Below are positions 35,399 through 46,562 of a DNA stretch of 64,000 nucleotides, one piece after another. The position numbers and the translations under genes were made by a program. The notes under the pieces are model-generated. The model had not been told where the DNA came from, did not search any database, and saw only the letters and a program-made list of their open reading frames with translations. Position 1 is the first letter of the stretch. Every line of letters begins with the position of its first letter. Origin of the DNA: Epithemia pelagica (taxonomy: Eukaryota > Protista > Bacillariophyta); the NCBI GenBank assembly GCA_946965045.2, contig OX337228.1, forward strand, positions 4,960,001 through 5,024,000. The letters are read 5' to 3'.

Positions 35399-35704
35399 CT
35401 TGGTTTATCTTTCTCATCTCACGTCTGAACTGTCGAAGTATCGGTTATCGGTTCTACAACATTATACATGTAGTTTACTGCAATCCCCGTTTATTCATCG
35501 GTAAGACCAACTTTTTGCAGTACAATTTAGTATGCAGATCCGAAATCCGACGTATGTAATCGTCTAACAAATCTACGAATAGAAAACGTCATCCATCTCT
35601 ATGTTGTGTTCATGTGGCGGGGTGGCGTTGTCCAATGATTCCTCTTCCGAAGCAATCCAATCTCTGAATGTCATTATCCAAAAGCTCTGAAATCTGAGAG
35701 GCCA

Positions 35705-37039
35705 TCACAGATCTTCGAGGAAAACAATTTCCAGACCTTGGTTCATGTACCAGGCCCTCCAGCACTCACGAAGAGGATCATAAAAGACCTTCGGCTGCGT
35801 CAGTGACGAAACATGAGCAAATCGACGAAGTGCCTTGGCTTGGTACATTTGTTGTTCCTTGTCAAACGCTGTTTGCGCAGCTAATAGAGTGGACGGCTTC
35901 AATGAGCATGTCATTGCCCGTTCTTCAGGCGGCGGCATGTTCACTGGTCTGGGCATGAATGTATCAGATAAAGGCTCCTCAAGCTTGGTAAAGGATGTGG
36001 GGAAGATTCCAACTCCCCCCTCACCAATCCGCGATTGATCCACGGCTACGCACATGGTTCTCGCTAATCTTCGTGCTCCTTTGGAGTGGCCAATGCGATG
36101 AAAGAATTCAGTCGCATCCTGTCCGGCATGCACCATGACGTTTTCCGGTGATCCTGGATGAGACAATAAAAAGAGGGACATGTCGTATATATGACCAGCA
36201 ATTCCAACCAAACAATCATCAAACGTATTGCATCCGGCCAAGACATAATCCATATAGCACAGTCCAAATCGAAAATATACAAACTTGGAGAACTGCGGAG
36301 GTTCAAAAGGCGCCGACTTGTCAGTCAAACTTCGGGAAGCAGCTTTCTTTCCTACTGTCCATCTTTGAAGAATCCATTCATAATCCCGACGCCAGAGACT
36401 TTTCCAAAGTAAGTTTGATGATTCCCCGCTTTCGACCCATTTTTGACATGATTTGCTGGCGCAGCTAAACGTTACAACGTCTATCGGTTTCAAAAAAGAC
36501 ATGACGTGAATCCAAGCGTCTGCGGGAAGCCCTAACATGTCATCAGCATCGTCCGAAATTCCATTCGTTAGAGACAAGTGCGGTTTGATGGATCTAGGCG
36601 AGGGAATATGAAGTGGTCTCCGAAGAAGCAAAGAGGCAACTGGTTCGCCACAATAAAAGTTTCCTGCCAATTCGAGCAGATCTCCCGTAGAAACATTTTG
36701 TTTGATACGTTGCAAGGGCGATGTACTTCTTGAATCAATTTCTACTCCTTCGAAACCAGAAACAATCCGAAAGAATTTGGCAATGTGGAGAACAAGCGAA
36801 AACAGGGGAGATCCTGAAAAGAAAAGCCCGGCCCTATTTAGCATTTCTTCTGCTTCCCTCTCATTCCATCGGACCGAAAGCCTTCTCTCCATATCTTGCT
36901 CTGCATACACATGATTACAGCTGATTTGTCGACGAAAGATGGTTATTGCGCTAAGAGTGGCTACCAGGAGGATCTGAGGGCCGTAAACGCTGCCGTAGAG
37001 GTAAACTAACTCGCTCATGTCGTCCGAAACGTCAATCAT
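35705..37039 (-). CDS. F-box plus cytochrome b5-like domain protein with N-terminal hydrophobic segment
   Basis: F-box LGLPADAWIHVMSFLKPIDVVTFSCASKSC...LWKSLW; b5 domain LVGIAGHIYDMSLFLLSHPGSPE...AGQDATEFFHRIGHSKGARRL. Confidence 0.85.
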   Translation of the reverse strand: MIDVSDDMSELVYLYGSVYGPQILLVATLSAITIFRRQISCNHVYAEQDMERRLSVRWNEREAEEMLNRAGLFFSGSPLFSLVLHIAKFFRIVSGFEGVEIDSRSTSPLQRIKQNVSTGDLLELAGNFYCGEPVASLLLRRPLHIPSPRSIKPHLSLTNGISDDADDMLGLPADAWIHVMSFLKPIDVVTFSCASKSCQKWVESGESSNLLWKSLWRRDYEWILQRWTVGKKAASRSLTDKSAPFEPPQFSKFVYFRFGLCYMDYVLAGCNTFDDCLVGIAGHIYDMSLFLLSHPGSPENVMVHAGQDATEFFHRIGHSKGARRLARTMCVAVDQSRIGEGGVGIFPTSFTKLEEPLSDTFMPRPVNMPPPEERAMTCSLKPSTLLAAQTAFDKEQQMYQAKALRRFAHVSSLTQPKVFYDPLRECWRAWYMNQGLEIVFLEDL

Positions 37040-37599
37040 GGTGATCTAAATGATTGCTGCCAGAAAGCAAGGTTTCAGGAATTCAGAGCTTACTTGAGGA
37101 GACGTCGACTTGTTCCACCGTCAGATGGCAGCATCTGCATCTGGGCTTTGAGTCAGAGTTTATGCGACCGAAGGACCTGCACCCGCCTCCGTCTTCTAAC
37201 TCCTACGAGGAACTCTCTAGAGCTAGTTGAGAATGGTAAACATGGAAAGAGCCATGGTCCTACTCCTAGAAAGGAACCAATGCTCTGTGGTCAAACTAGT
37301 CATAATAATATTTATCGGTGCAACTTTGCCAAAGCAGATCTGTTTGCCAAAGCAGACAGCAGGCCCTAAGCCCGAAAAGGCAAGGTATTGTAGGACTGCG
37401 ATGCTGATAATTACGACATAGCTTTACATCAGTTTCTGCGTCCCATATGCGACTAAAAGGTACTGTGTAAATTCTAAAACTTCAAACTCCTATGGATTAA
37501 TGACCCCATCCAATATTGATCAAAAGAGAAAAATCATTCCATCATTTCGCGACAGTGACCGGATACTTTCCATTGACGACCAGCCACGACATAGTGAAC

Positions 37600-38910
37600 A
37601 TGATGAAAGACGATCCAGAAGAGGGTACATCGACGGCGGAACTTACACCTCTGAAAGTTTCAGGTGTTGGTATGGTGGATGATGATACCGAAATTAAGGA
37701 CAATTCGGCAGCGAGTGAAATGATTATTCCATCGGGTGACAATGAAGGCGCCACGAAAAAGAGAGCGTCTCGGAAGTCTCGACCAGGGACCATTCAAGTC
37801 AAGTCGGCGACTCCGACAAAGATGGGACGCAAGAGGTCTTCAGAAAGTGCCACCGCTGTTTTCATCAAATACACCGCCTTGTTTCTTTTGGTTGCGCAAA
37901 TGGTAGGACTTGTCCTTCTCATGCGGTACAGTCGCACAATTCACGATCCCGACCAGCCATTGTACTTGGCTTCAACAGCCGTCTTTGTGATGGAAGTAAT
38001 GAAATTGATCATTTGCATTTTGGTAATCACAGTTCAATCCAACGGTGCTATCTTTCGAGAGTTGCATGAACATGTGATCCAGTCCCCTTTGGAAATTGTC
38101 AAACTTACTGTCCCCTCCTTACTTTATACCATTCAAAACAATCTGCTTTATTTGGCCTTGACGAATCTAGATGCAGCAACATACCAAGTGTGCTATCAAC
38201 TAAAGATCTTAACAACAGCTTTGTTTTCAGCTCTGTTGTTACAACGCAAATTCTCTGGTCAGAAATGGGCATCGCTCGTGATACTTACGGTTGGTGTTGC
38301 CATTGTCCAAATTTCGGGCTCTGGTGACCAACATACTCATTCCGATACGAGCAGCGACGCCACTGATTCACAGCAACAACATAATCGCATCATTGGTCTT
38401 GTGGCAGTGTTGTGTGCTGCATGTACGTCAGGTTTCTCGGGAGTTTACTTTGAAAAGATCCTCAAAGGAAGTCGCACTTCCCTCTGGGTTCGTAATGTGC
38501 AAATGGGATTGCCGAGTATTTTGATTGCCTACGTCACGGTGTATTTCAAAGATGGGGTGGCGGTACAAACACAAGGGTTCTTGGGGGGCTACACATCCAT
38601 TGTGTGGACGGTCGTGACAGTACAAGCGGTTGGTGGTTTGATTGTGGCGACAGTCGTGAAGTACGCCGACAATGTGTTGAAAGTCTTTGCCACTTCTTTC
38701 AGCATTGTTGTGTCGTGTATCATATCGGCCTTCTTATTTGAATTTCATCCAACATGGATGTTCCTCTGTGGTGCCAGCCTCGTTGTCACCGCCACCGTTA
38801 TGTACAGCAGTCCAGATGGCCTTGGACGAACAGTGCGCAAAACAAGAAAGAAAACGAGTGCTGCAATTCTTCCGACTAGCCAGAAAAGTAAATCAAAGTC
38901 AATAAAGTAG
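37600..38910 (+). CDS. SLC35A-type nucleotide-sugar transporter (UDP-Gal/CMP-Sia/UDP-GlcNAc family)
   Basis: Motifs STAVFVMEVMKL, VPSLLYTIQNNL, LDAATYQVCYQLKILTTALFS, SGFSGVYFEKILK, SLWVRNVQ and VVKYADNVLK. Probable ATG at 37600. Confidence 0.93.
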   Translation: MMKDDPEEGTSTAELTPLKVSGVGMVDDDTEIKDNSAASEMIIPSGDNEGATKKRASRKSRPGTIQVKSATPTKMGRKRSSESATAVFIKYTALFLLVAQMVGLVLLMRYSRTIHDPDQPLYLASTAVFVMEVMKLIICILVITVQSNGAIFRELHEHVIQSPLEIVKLTVPSLLYTIQNNLLYLALTNLDAATYQVCYQLKILTTALFSALLLQRKFSGQKWASLVILTVGVAIVQISGSGDQHTHSDTSSDATDSQQQHNRIIGLVAVLCAACTSGFSGVYFEKILKGSRTSLWVRNVQMGLPSILIAYVTVYFKDGVAVQTQGFLGGYTSIVWTVVTVQAVGGLIVATVVKYADNVLKVFATSFSIVVSCIISAFLFEFHPTWMFLCGASLVVTATVMYSSPDGLGRTVRKTRKKTSAAILPTSQKSKSKSIK

Positions 38911-39746
38911 GAGTAGAATTCGGTTTCATGGACCTTGAAAAGCAAGATACCTTCTCTCCTACGGTCGGTTTTGTGGTTATGGTTTATGGTACTAGACTCC
39001 ACTAGCTAAGGATGCCATCGTACTAACAGACCTTACCCTACCTAGCTAGAGGGTACTCCTACGTTTCTTGACATAACAAAAATGTCTGCGATTTTCTGGG
39101 TCATCGATAGAGACTAATGTAGATTAAAATTCTAGGCGTAGACTTCTACTCCTAGCTAGGAGTACCTCCCTAAATCCGTCGCCCCGGCCGCGGTAGACGA
39201 TTCCGCTGCGACTGCGAGTATGCCTCGTAGATTCGATAGTCTATTGACATTAGAAGTTAGGAGTACTTATATATACCTCTCTAGGTAGGTAGCACATCCG
39301 CTAGCTTACCTCCCCATAACCTATTGGCCAACCTCAATTCTCTACTCTCTACTACCTAGGGACACAGCGCACGATCAGGTATGTGTCAGTTGTCCAGAAA
39401 GCGGGCTGGCGCGCGCCCGCGCGCAAGAAGAAAATTCGTCGGATGCAACACGGGGTATCGTGGAAAACCATGGCGCTTCAGAGGTCGGTCCGAAACCCTA
39501 AACATGTACCTTTTTCCATTCGAAACCTTACAATCGTCCCTATGACCATGGTTTGACTGGTTGTTACCTTTCGAATGGAAAAAGGTACATGTTCTGATCT
39601 TCATTTTCTACTTGACATTGTGTACAAGGTGTGGTGCGTTGCGTGGGATGGTTGGGTGGAGTGTCGCGTCCCGTCCCGTCCCATCCCATCGTATCGATCG
39701 AAACACAGAAGTAATAAAATTATGCATACGCTATAGTGTTGTATTT

Positions 39747-40306
39747 CTAGCCATTAGACCAGTCGTCGTGATTGTTCAGCTCCTGCTGCTGCGTTTCCGC
39801 AAAGTCGGCTGGGACGACTCCAATAGGGCAAGCCAGTCTCTTCGTCGTCGTCGTCGGGCACAAAGTCACGGGCCTGGTAGACAAAGGGCGACGAGGTCGA
39901 TTCAAAGACACGGATATCAAAGCTGACACATTGCTGACACGCCGGTCACTGGTGAGGTACCTTCCAAAGACTGACGCATTGATGGGCAATTTGTGATCCG
40001 CGTTGTGGCTCTCGTTCGTCTCCTTGGTCTTGTTACTCTCGTTGCCCTTGTTCGTCGTGTCGCTTTCGTTGCCCTTTGTTGCTCTCATTGGTTGTGTTAC
40101 CTCTCGTTGGTCGTGTTGCCCTTGTTGCTCTCGTTGGTAGTGTTGCTCTCGTTGGTCTCGTTGCTCTTGCTCGTATTGGTGATTGCTGGAAGATTGAGAG
40201 GTTGTTTGGTTGCCTTGCTTTTCACCTCAGCCAGCCCTTCCCCAGCATGCAACTTGTTGCCTCGGATGCAAGTACTGCGACGGCAATTGTTGATGTACGT
40301 CGACAT
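39747..40306 (-). pseudogene. Frameshifted ORF with Thr-Asn-Glu-Ser-Asn repeats (pseudogene or assembly error)
   Basis: CA-rich leader (aaacacaaaaccaacaaccaaac) directly before ATG 40306. Removing two single-base homopolymer extensions (near 40100 and 40076) restores a 185-aa ORF ending at TAG 39747. Confidence 0.5.
40000..40175 (-). repeat. Imperfect tandem repeat of ACCAACGAGAGCAAC-like units
   Basis: Repeated AAC GAG AGC / ACC AAC / AAG GGC AAC blocks. These also produce the Leu/Val-rich antisense ORFs on the plus strand. Confidence 0.8.
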
Positions 40307-40756
40307 GTTTGGTTGTTGGTTTTGTGTTTGCGCTTAGCACATCGGTGCTTTGTCATCACTGGAGAGAGAGAGCGGGTGCTGCGAGTCCTTCCAACAAGCG
40401 GGGTCGACGATCGTGTACCACATCTTGTTGGTCCATGGCAAGCAAGGTAGGATCATTGGGTCGTCGAGTATCCAGAAGAGGAAAGGGGCACGGAGGTACG
40501 GCATTGATTGTGATGGAGTGTCCCCTCCCGGTCACGTGGGTTGTTGTTACGAGTACTCTCGTAGTTGAATTTCTCTCTTTACTGACTAATTGTCAGTAAA
40601 CTGAGAATGTAAGCGTAACACTCTAATTAAGCCCCACCACATACCTGATCGTGCGCTGTGTCTAGGGAGAGCTCAATTCCAAACTCCAATATCCCATTGG
40701 GCCTATCCGAATTCTACGCGTACTTGTAAAAGTCTTGACACAGTATTTTTTATGAC

Positions 40757-40776
40757 GTACTCCTAGCTAGGAGTAC
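40757..40776. repeat. Perfect 20-bp palindrome GTACTCCTAGCTAGGAGTAC (TAGGAGTA motif family)
   Basis: Read directly. The same 18-bp core occurs at 39147-39164, and the reverse arrangement TAGGAGTACTCCTA at 27851-27864. Confidence 0.9.
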
Positions 40777-41599
40777 AATAGCAGGAGTCCTCTAGGTAGG
40801 TAGGTATGAACCCTCAACCTCGGGTGTTGATCTTCCAGCATGCACTTCCGGCAAGAAATAATTGCTGGCACTTTGAATTTGAACTCTCTAGCTAGTGCCG
40901 GCATCGAAAACTCGATCCAAGAATCGAAAGAAATCATTCTTTCTCGCTAGGTTTTGGAGCATCGCCAAGAACGGGTCGCGGACTGATTGTACCAGCGGAC
41001 GAACATTTGCGCCCAAGTCATGACAACACGTGTCAGATGTCATGCGATTCTGCGTTCGCCAACGCAGAAGAGGAAATCCGAATTCTGTTTGATTTCTGAC
41101 TTGTCAGTGATGGAGACGTAGTTGCTCGGTACTTGATCGCACATGACCGAATGACCAAGCAGTGGTCGTATTCGTTTGTTGCATTCGTTTAGTTCCTTTC
41201 ACACCTTCTCCAACATTCTCTTCTCCCTTCCGAACATAGAGAGAGGACTCGCCGCACCTGTCGTTTGTCTTCTCTCTTCTTCGAAGGTTCCCTTCTGTTG
41301 GTACGACGTCCTGTGCATCGACATAAAGGTGAGTGATGGTAATCACATGTCAAGCTGAAGTCGATGGCGCTGCAATTGATCGCAGGTCAGGGCACCCCGA
41401 CGAATTGAAGCATTGGTGCGGAGGAGAAAGACGGCTGTTTCTCGTTGTCGTTCATGTAGTGGTAGATGCATCTTGTTTCATGACAGTGGAGATGGGCATA
41501 GGATCATACTTCACTGGCAACCTCCTCTGTCGCATCTGGAAACACATTGATTGATCTCATATTATTCATTGCTTCTGGGCTTTTCTTCGACCAGCCACA

Positions 41600-43342
41600 A
41601 TGGAGAATTCATCAAACGCTGACATCATGATGGGAGGCGGAAATAAAGACGATAACAACAACGATGATGGGTTGGATGTTCAAGAAGAACTTGATCGAAA
41701 TGGGCAGCATCACCCGATTGCTGAATTTCTTTATCAGCTTACGAAGATGTTAACAGATGACAATTCGGAAATCATTGAATGGACCGACGGGAGGATTAAA
41801 GTCCACTTTCCAGAGCGCCTCGAGGCTGAAGTTCTGCATAAATATTTCAGGCACTCCAAGTTTGCATCGTTCCAGCGCCAATTGAATTATTTTGGATTCC
41901 GCAAAATTGCTGGCAAAGGCAAAATGTCTCCGTGCTCTTACGTAAACGATGCTGCGACTTCTGATATTCGAAGTTTATTGCTCATCAAACGTAAAACAAA
42001 CGGATCGGCCGCTCGGAAAGCTGCCATGCAGCAACGAGCGGCCGCCATAGCCAACTCCTCGCTCAATCCTTTGCTGCAGTTTCCAGGAGCTGCCGCTGTC
42101 TTGGCCAACAACCCCGCAGCCCTGGCAACGTTGGCAAACCCTCATGCACTCTCGGGAGCCATGGCATTACTTTCTGACAATGCACTCCGAGCTGGACTAT
42201 TGGCACAAGCAAATCCCATGACTGCGAGCACCCCAGGTGCTTCCCCTCAACTAAGTCTGCTACTTCAACAGCAACAGCAGCTTCAACAGCAACAACAACC
42301 ATCACCGGCCGCTCCCCAACCACCAAGTGCTCAAAGTCTCTTGTCCAATTGGAAAACAGAACAAGACAGTGCTTCTGCATTAGGCGGAGTTGCATCGCAA
42401 CCACAACCAAGCCCTGCTACGAGTGCTCCTGGTTCCAACGGACTCTTGCACGTGGACCACACCCAAATTGCTCAGCAGACACAGCAGCTCCAGCAATTAC
42501 AGCAGCAACTCCAACAACTCCAGCAACAACAGCGAAGCCAGCAAAAGGCGCCGGCACCACCGACGGCCGACAAGCAGCCATCCTCTCCACTTGATGTGAC
42601 TTCAGCTACCAATAATTTTTCACAGCCTCAGCCTCAAAAAGAACCCTCAAGCGATGCTGCCGCCAAACCACCTGCGTCTACTCAGTTTGAGCAACTCCTT
42701 GCGGCTCGGTTGGCTGCCGCTAACCCAAGTGCACCAGTCAGTGGTCTTGGTAACCTGGGCGCTGCTTCGGCTGCATTAAAATTGCAGCTTCCTTCAAGCT
42801 CAATAGAAAACCCTGCATCCGCGGCCCTTCAGCAGCAGTTTAGTAGCATGCCCGCCACTGCTGCAATGGATGCTGATTCGGCAACGGCCCCGGCGTCCAA
42901 CAACTTGTTTGAATCGGCGCTCAACCTGAAGAGCCTTTTGCAGGAGCATCAGGCCTCGAACAATCCCTCTACGAGCAATGAGGGTGCTAGCGCTCAAGGA
43001 ACCACAAGAGGATCCTTGATGAATCGCTTACCATCTTCAGGGACCATTTTTCCAAGTGCGGCGTCCTTTGGAAATCTTTTGAACAGCTCAAACCGTCTCT
43101 CATCACTTTTGTCGCTGAGTAGTTTTGGTGGTGGCGGTCCCGGGGTTGGTGGTACTGGTGCAGCAGGTGGGCCTGCTGCTCCAGCTGCAGTAGCGAGTCG
43201 AGCACCATCTCTGGCCGACTTGGCGGCTCTGATTCAACCAAATAATCCTACACAGCTGAATGCGGCCGCATTGGCCGCGCTTCAACAGCACGCCAATTCA
43301 GCAAGCGCTGCTGCCAACCAGTTTCGAACGGAGAACAGCTAA
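41600..43342 (+). CDS. HSF: Heat shock transcription factor (diatom type, Gln/Ala-rich, apparently intronless)
   Basis: DNA-binding domain [29 protein letters not shown]...[36 protein letters not shown], followed by polyQ tracts. Confidence 0.92.
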   Translation: MENSSNADIMMGGGNKDDNNNDDGLDVQEELDRNGQHHPIAEFLYQLTKMLTDDNSEIIEWTDGRIKVHFPERLEAEVLHKYFRHSKFASFQRQLNYFGFRKIAGKGKMSPCSYVNDAATSDIRSLLLIKRKTNGSAARKAAMQQRAAAIANSSLNPLLQFPGAAAVLANNPAALATLANPHALSGAMALLSDNALRAGLLAQANPMTASTPGASPQLSLLLQQQQQLQQQQQPSPAAPQPPSAQSLLSNWKTEQDSASALGGVASQPQPSPATSAPGSNGLLHVDHTQIAQQTQQLQQLQQQLQQLQQQQRSQQKAPAPPTADKQPSSPLDVTSATNNFSQPQPQKEPSSDAAAKPPASTQFEQLLAARLAAANPSAPVSGLGNLGAASAALKLQLPSSSIENPASAALQQQFSSMPATAAMDADSATAPASNNLFESALNLKSLLQEHQASNNPSTSNEGASAQGTTRGSLMNRLPSSGTIFPSAASFGNLLNSSNRLSSLLSLSSFGGGGPGVGGTGAAGGPAAPAAVASRAPSLADLAALIQPNNPTQLNAAALAALQQHANSASAAANQFRTENS

Positions 43343-43610
43343 TGGATGATGATATTCTTTTGCACCTACATGAACATAATGAAACATGAACCTGAGGTAT
43401 AATTTTTTATTGCTTCTTTGATCAGCGATGACTTACATAGTGTGGTTGCACATGATGATAGCTCTTTCTATAACAGTAACTCTTGTAACCTTTGACTTTG
43501 TTCAAATTCGGCTTTTAGCTTGGTACTCCTAAGTCAGCCATGACTTGATGGGAGTATGTATACATAGCATCGTCAGTTAATGCAAGATGGGCGATAGTCC
43601 AAATAATGCT

Positions 43611-45264
43611 TCATTCCCCTTTTTCAAATAGCGCACTGTAGACCACTGGAGCGAACGTTTTCATGACAACTACAGTGAAGCATACGTGTACTAATCTTGC
43701 CTCAATACCACGCAAATAGGTCCGCTTCAGTCCTTTCCAGCCCTTATTCTCCAGCTCTTGCCAGAACAAGTTGCCTGGAGAAACTTTCTCCCCAGCTTTC
43801 TTGGCGTCTTGAATTTTCGATACAAGGACATCCAATGGAAGGGTGATTAAAGTAGAGAAAACTCCTCCAAGAAAAGACGCATAGCTCCTCTGAAGGAAAC
43901 TCAAGCTTTGCCCTTCACTCAAAAAGTTCAAGAACAATGATTCAAATAAGTCTGCAAACAGGAATCTCGACGACCAGTCTAGGACACGCTTAGTGGCAAA
44001 CACGCTTGAACCTTTCATGAGGCTGCTCGCACCCTCATTCTTCACTATATCATAGCCAATCATCGCACTTAAATAAATTGTTCGAAAAACACTCATATGC
44101 TCGCGAAAGATGGGGTCAGTCATCACGCGAGTTTTAAGAAGCAATGTGGGGGATAACACGTAACCCTGAAAACCACCAGCTATTCCTCCTGCAAGGCACA
44201 TCGCCAGCTGTATTGGGATTATCTCTTTGTCGGCCATCGGAACCAACGCACGTGAAGCCAATGTATGTGCCTGGAAAATCATTAGTAAGTCGCTGGTAAA
44301 ACACTGTCAATCGCCAGTACTTGTCCGTCCCATCATTACTTACCAATCCAAACACTGAGCCCTTGAATACAGCCTGTATGAATCCCCAAGGAATAAAGCC
44401 ATCCCATAGGCCACCAATTCCCTTCTCACTGGTGATAGATTTGATTGAGTCGAGATACGAATAATGCTCTTCATCGTGGGTTTGCATATCGATCTTAAGA
44501 AATTCTAATACGTGACCAATCATCCATTCAAAAGCGAGAGTCACCAAAGCGGACACAATGAGTCTCTTTGAGACTTCTGTTCCTAGGCCTCCCTGAGACC
44601 CACCTCGTATGGCCAAACACAACTTGCAGTTTTTCGACTCTCGGTTGACATCGCGTGTAGATTGCAGCTCGGAGGTCCTCATAGCAAAGGGCGTCGCCAA
44701 CCTAACGTTGTCATTGTCTTTACCGTTTACATTTTTTGGATATCTTTTTTCATGATAGGCGATATCCAAATGCAGCCTGGTTCCGTCTCGTTTGTTGGAT
44801 CTCAAGGAGTCATTTGAGAGCATACTGCAGAGTCCGTCGGTATCATTATCTTCCTCCTCATAATCGTCTTCTTCGAAATCCTCACCATGCCTTAAATTGT
44901 CCCGGTAAGAAGCTTCAAATGATTCGAGAGGATCGGAGTCAATGAGTGATCGAGAGAAGTCGACATCGGATTTGAAGAAATGGCCGTGGAGAAAATTTCT
45001 CGGCAATGCCATGTAGGATATTCTATCAACATCGTCGAGTTCACCACTGCCTGGCATAGTTCTGTTATCTCTTTGTCCCACTGTGCTGCATGTCGACGGA
45101 TGCCTAGAGACAGGACAAATGGCATGACCAATCTTGGCTGAATCTGATATGGAGACAAAGAATGAGCATTTGTCGGACCTCATCGACAACCCGCTATGTA
45201 CGGAGCATGTCAACAAAAGTAAGTTGAAGATGGTGGAACGGCATGTTGGTGATAGGGGCGCCAT
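43611..45264 (-). CDS. Divergent mitochondrial carrier family (SLC25, Yhm2-like) protein with long N-terminal extension (2 exons)
   Basis: Exons 44344-45264 and 43611-44270. Three carrier-like repeats (GHVLEFLKIDMQT; SPTLLLKTRVMT; LPLDVLVSKIQ) with EKGIGGLWDGFIPWG, EGASSLMKG and YLRGIEARL. Confidence 0.75.
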
Positions 45265-45467
45265 GATTGTTCTTTTATCCATGCTCGTTGGCATCTACGA
45301 TCTCCATGGGTCGTCCTTAGAGAAAAATGTGAGGCTAATGAAGGGGGCAATTTTATCAAAGAAAAGTTGATGGGTCGTCGGACGGACGGACGTCGGTATG
45401 AACTCCTAGCTAGAGAGCTCTAGCTCTAATGTAAAATAATGTACGCCAAGCTTGTAAGAGTAGATGG

Positions 45468-46277
45468 CTATCTCTCTACGGATACTCCGTTCATCCTATC
45501 CGTATTCGGTGTCTCCGTCTCAATGAAGGGTTCATGAACTACGAAATCATTGCATTCGGCAAAATTCAGCGTGACGCCTTTGTTTTTGGCAAAGTTGCGC
45601 AACCATTCGGGGGCCTTGCCATGTCGTCGATAGTCGTCGTATAGTTCTTCGTCCTTTGCAATATCTCGTAACGCCACCAAGTTGATGCCTTTGTCGGTTG
45701 CTCGGTAAACAGTGTTTGGTTTCAAGTTATGATTCAGCCCGTTTCCAGGAATCCACATGCCAAAGAATCGATCTTCATCATCGCCTTGAGTCTGTGGTAG
45801 TGAGTAACCGAATCGATCAGTGTGTTTATTGAATCCCCATAGATAATCTTTGACGTATGAAAGTCGCGCATCAAAGTTATCCTCTCGGGATGGAGTTTGG
45901 CAAAATGATTCGATGTCGTCCACTGATTGGAACTCCATCAGATTAACACCCACCAGACCAACACGGAGAACAGTGTCCTTGGCAATATCCTCCACGGCAA
46001 AGAGTCCCACTCCAAACTCAGTTTCTCTCCAATCAACATCCACTTCCCATCCTTTCTCGGCGTTCTTCCATTGGCTCTGTAGCCCTATTCTATCGTTCCA
46101 GTCGACAGTATCCGAATGGATCGTATTGACCAGTGTTCTCTGTTCTTCTTGGTGACGTGGAGCACATGGAAATGGAGAAGTTCTGAATTTGCCCATTCTT
46201 CTTGTGAGCATAGTACCAACAGCTCTGGTTGGACCTGTTACCAGAGGCCTCAACAAACTTAACAGAGTTGATCTCAT
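45468..46277 (-). CDS. SET-domain protein with probable mitochondrial presequence
   Basis: SET motifs GVGLFAVEDIAKD, GNGLNHNLKPN and LVALRDIAKDEELYDDY. Arg-rich, acid-free N-terminus MRSTLLSLLRPLVTGPTRAVGTMLTRRMGKFR. Confidence 0.85.
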   Translation of the reverse strand: MRSTLLSLLRPLVTGPTRAVGTMLTRRMGKFRTSPFPCAPRHQEEQRTLVNTIHSDTVDWNDRIGLQSQWKNAEKGWEVDVDWRETEFGVGLFAVEDIAKDTVLRVGLVGVNLMEFQSVDDIESFCQTPSREDNFDARLSYVKDYLWGFNKHTDRFGYSLPQTQGDDEDRFFGMWIPGNGLNHNLKPNTVYRATDKGINLVALRDIAKDEELYDDYRRHGKAPEWLRNFAKNKGVTLNFAECNDFVVHEPFIETETPNTDRMNGVSVER

Positions 46278-46562
46278 TTTCGTTTGGATGGAGAAGAGGG
46301 GGAGGATGCCTTGACTTGTAGAGTGAAAAGTTTAGTAGAGTATCGGGATCTAACTATCTAGAGCTAGTAGGATCTAACTAGTAGGAGTAGAATATTCTAA
46401 GTATCTATTCGAAGATCCATATCTGTTGTTGCGAGAGTCATTACTCCTAGTTCATACTTTCATGAAGGCGTCGTGAATCCTCAATCCTCTCGACAGACAT
46501 CTTTATTCATTTTTATCTCGCTGTTTGAATCTCGTTGTTTGAATTAAAATCAACGCTTTGCT

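Noticed and set aside
36834-36908. Possible in-frame 75-nt intron in the F-box/b5 gene
   Set aside because: GT and AG ends exist, but the 3' part is purine-rich with no pyrimidine tract, so it was left as coding.
37325-37356. 14-bp direct repeat tttgccaaagcaga with 18-bp period
   Set aside because: Only two units, with no spacer diversity or cas genes. It is a local duplication, not CRISPR.
39993-40450. Leu/Val-rich plus-strand ORFs that look like membrane peptides
   Set aside because: They are antisense shadows of the AAC/GAG/AGC repeat.
41048-41069. 9-bp stem hairpin ttctgcgtt-cgcc-aacgcagaa upstream of the second HSF
   Set aside because: It is isolated, and a stem of this size can occur by chance in 64 kb.
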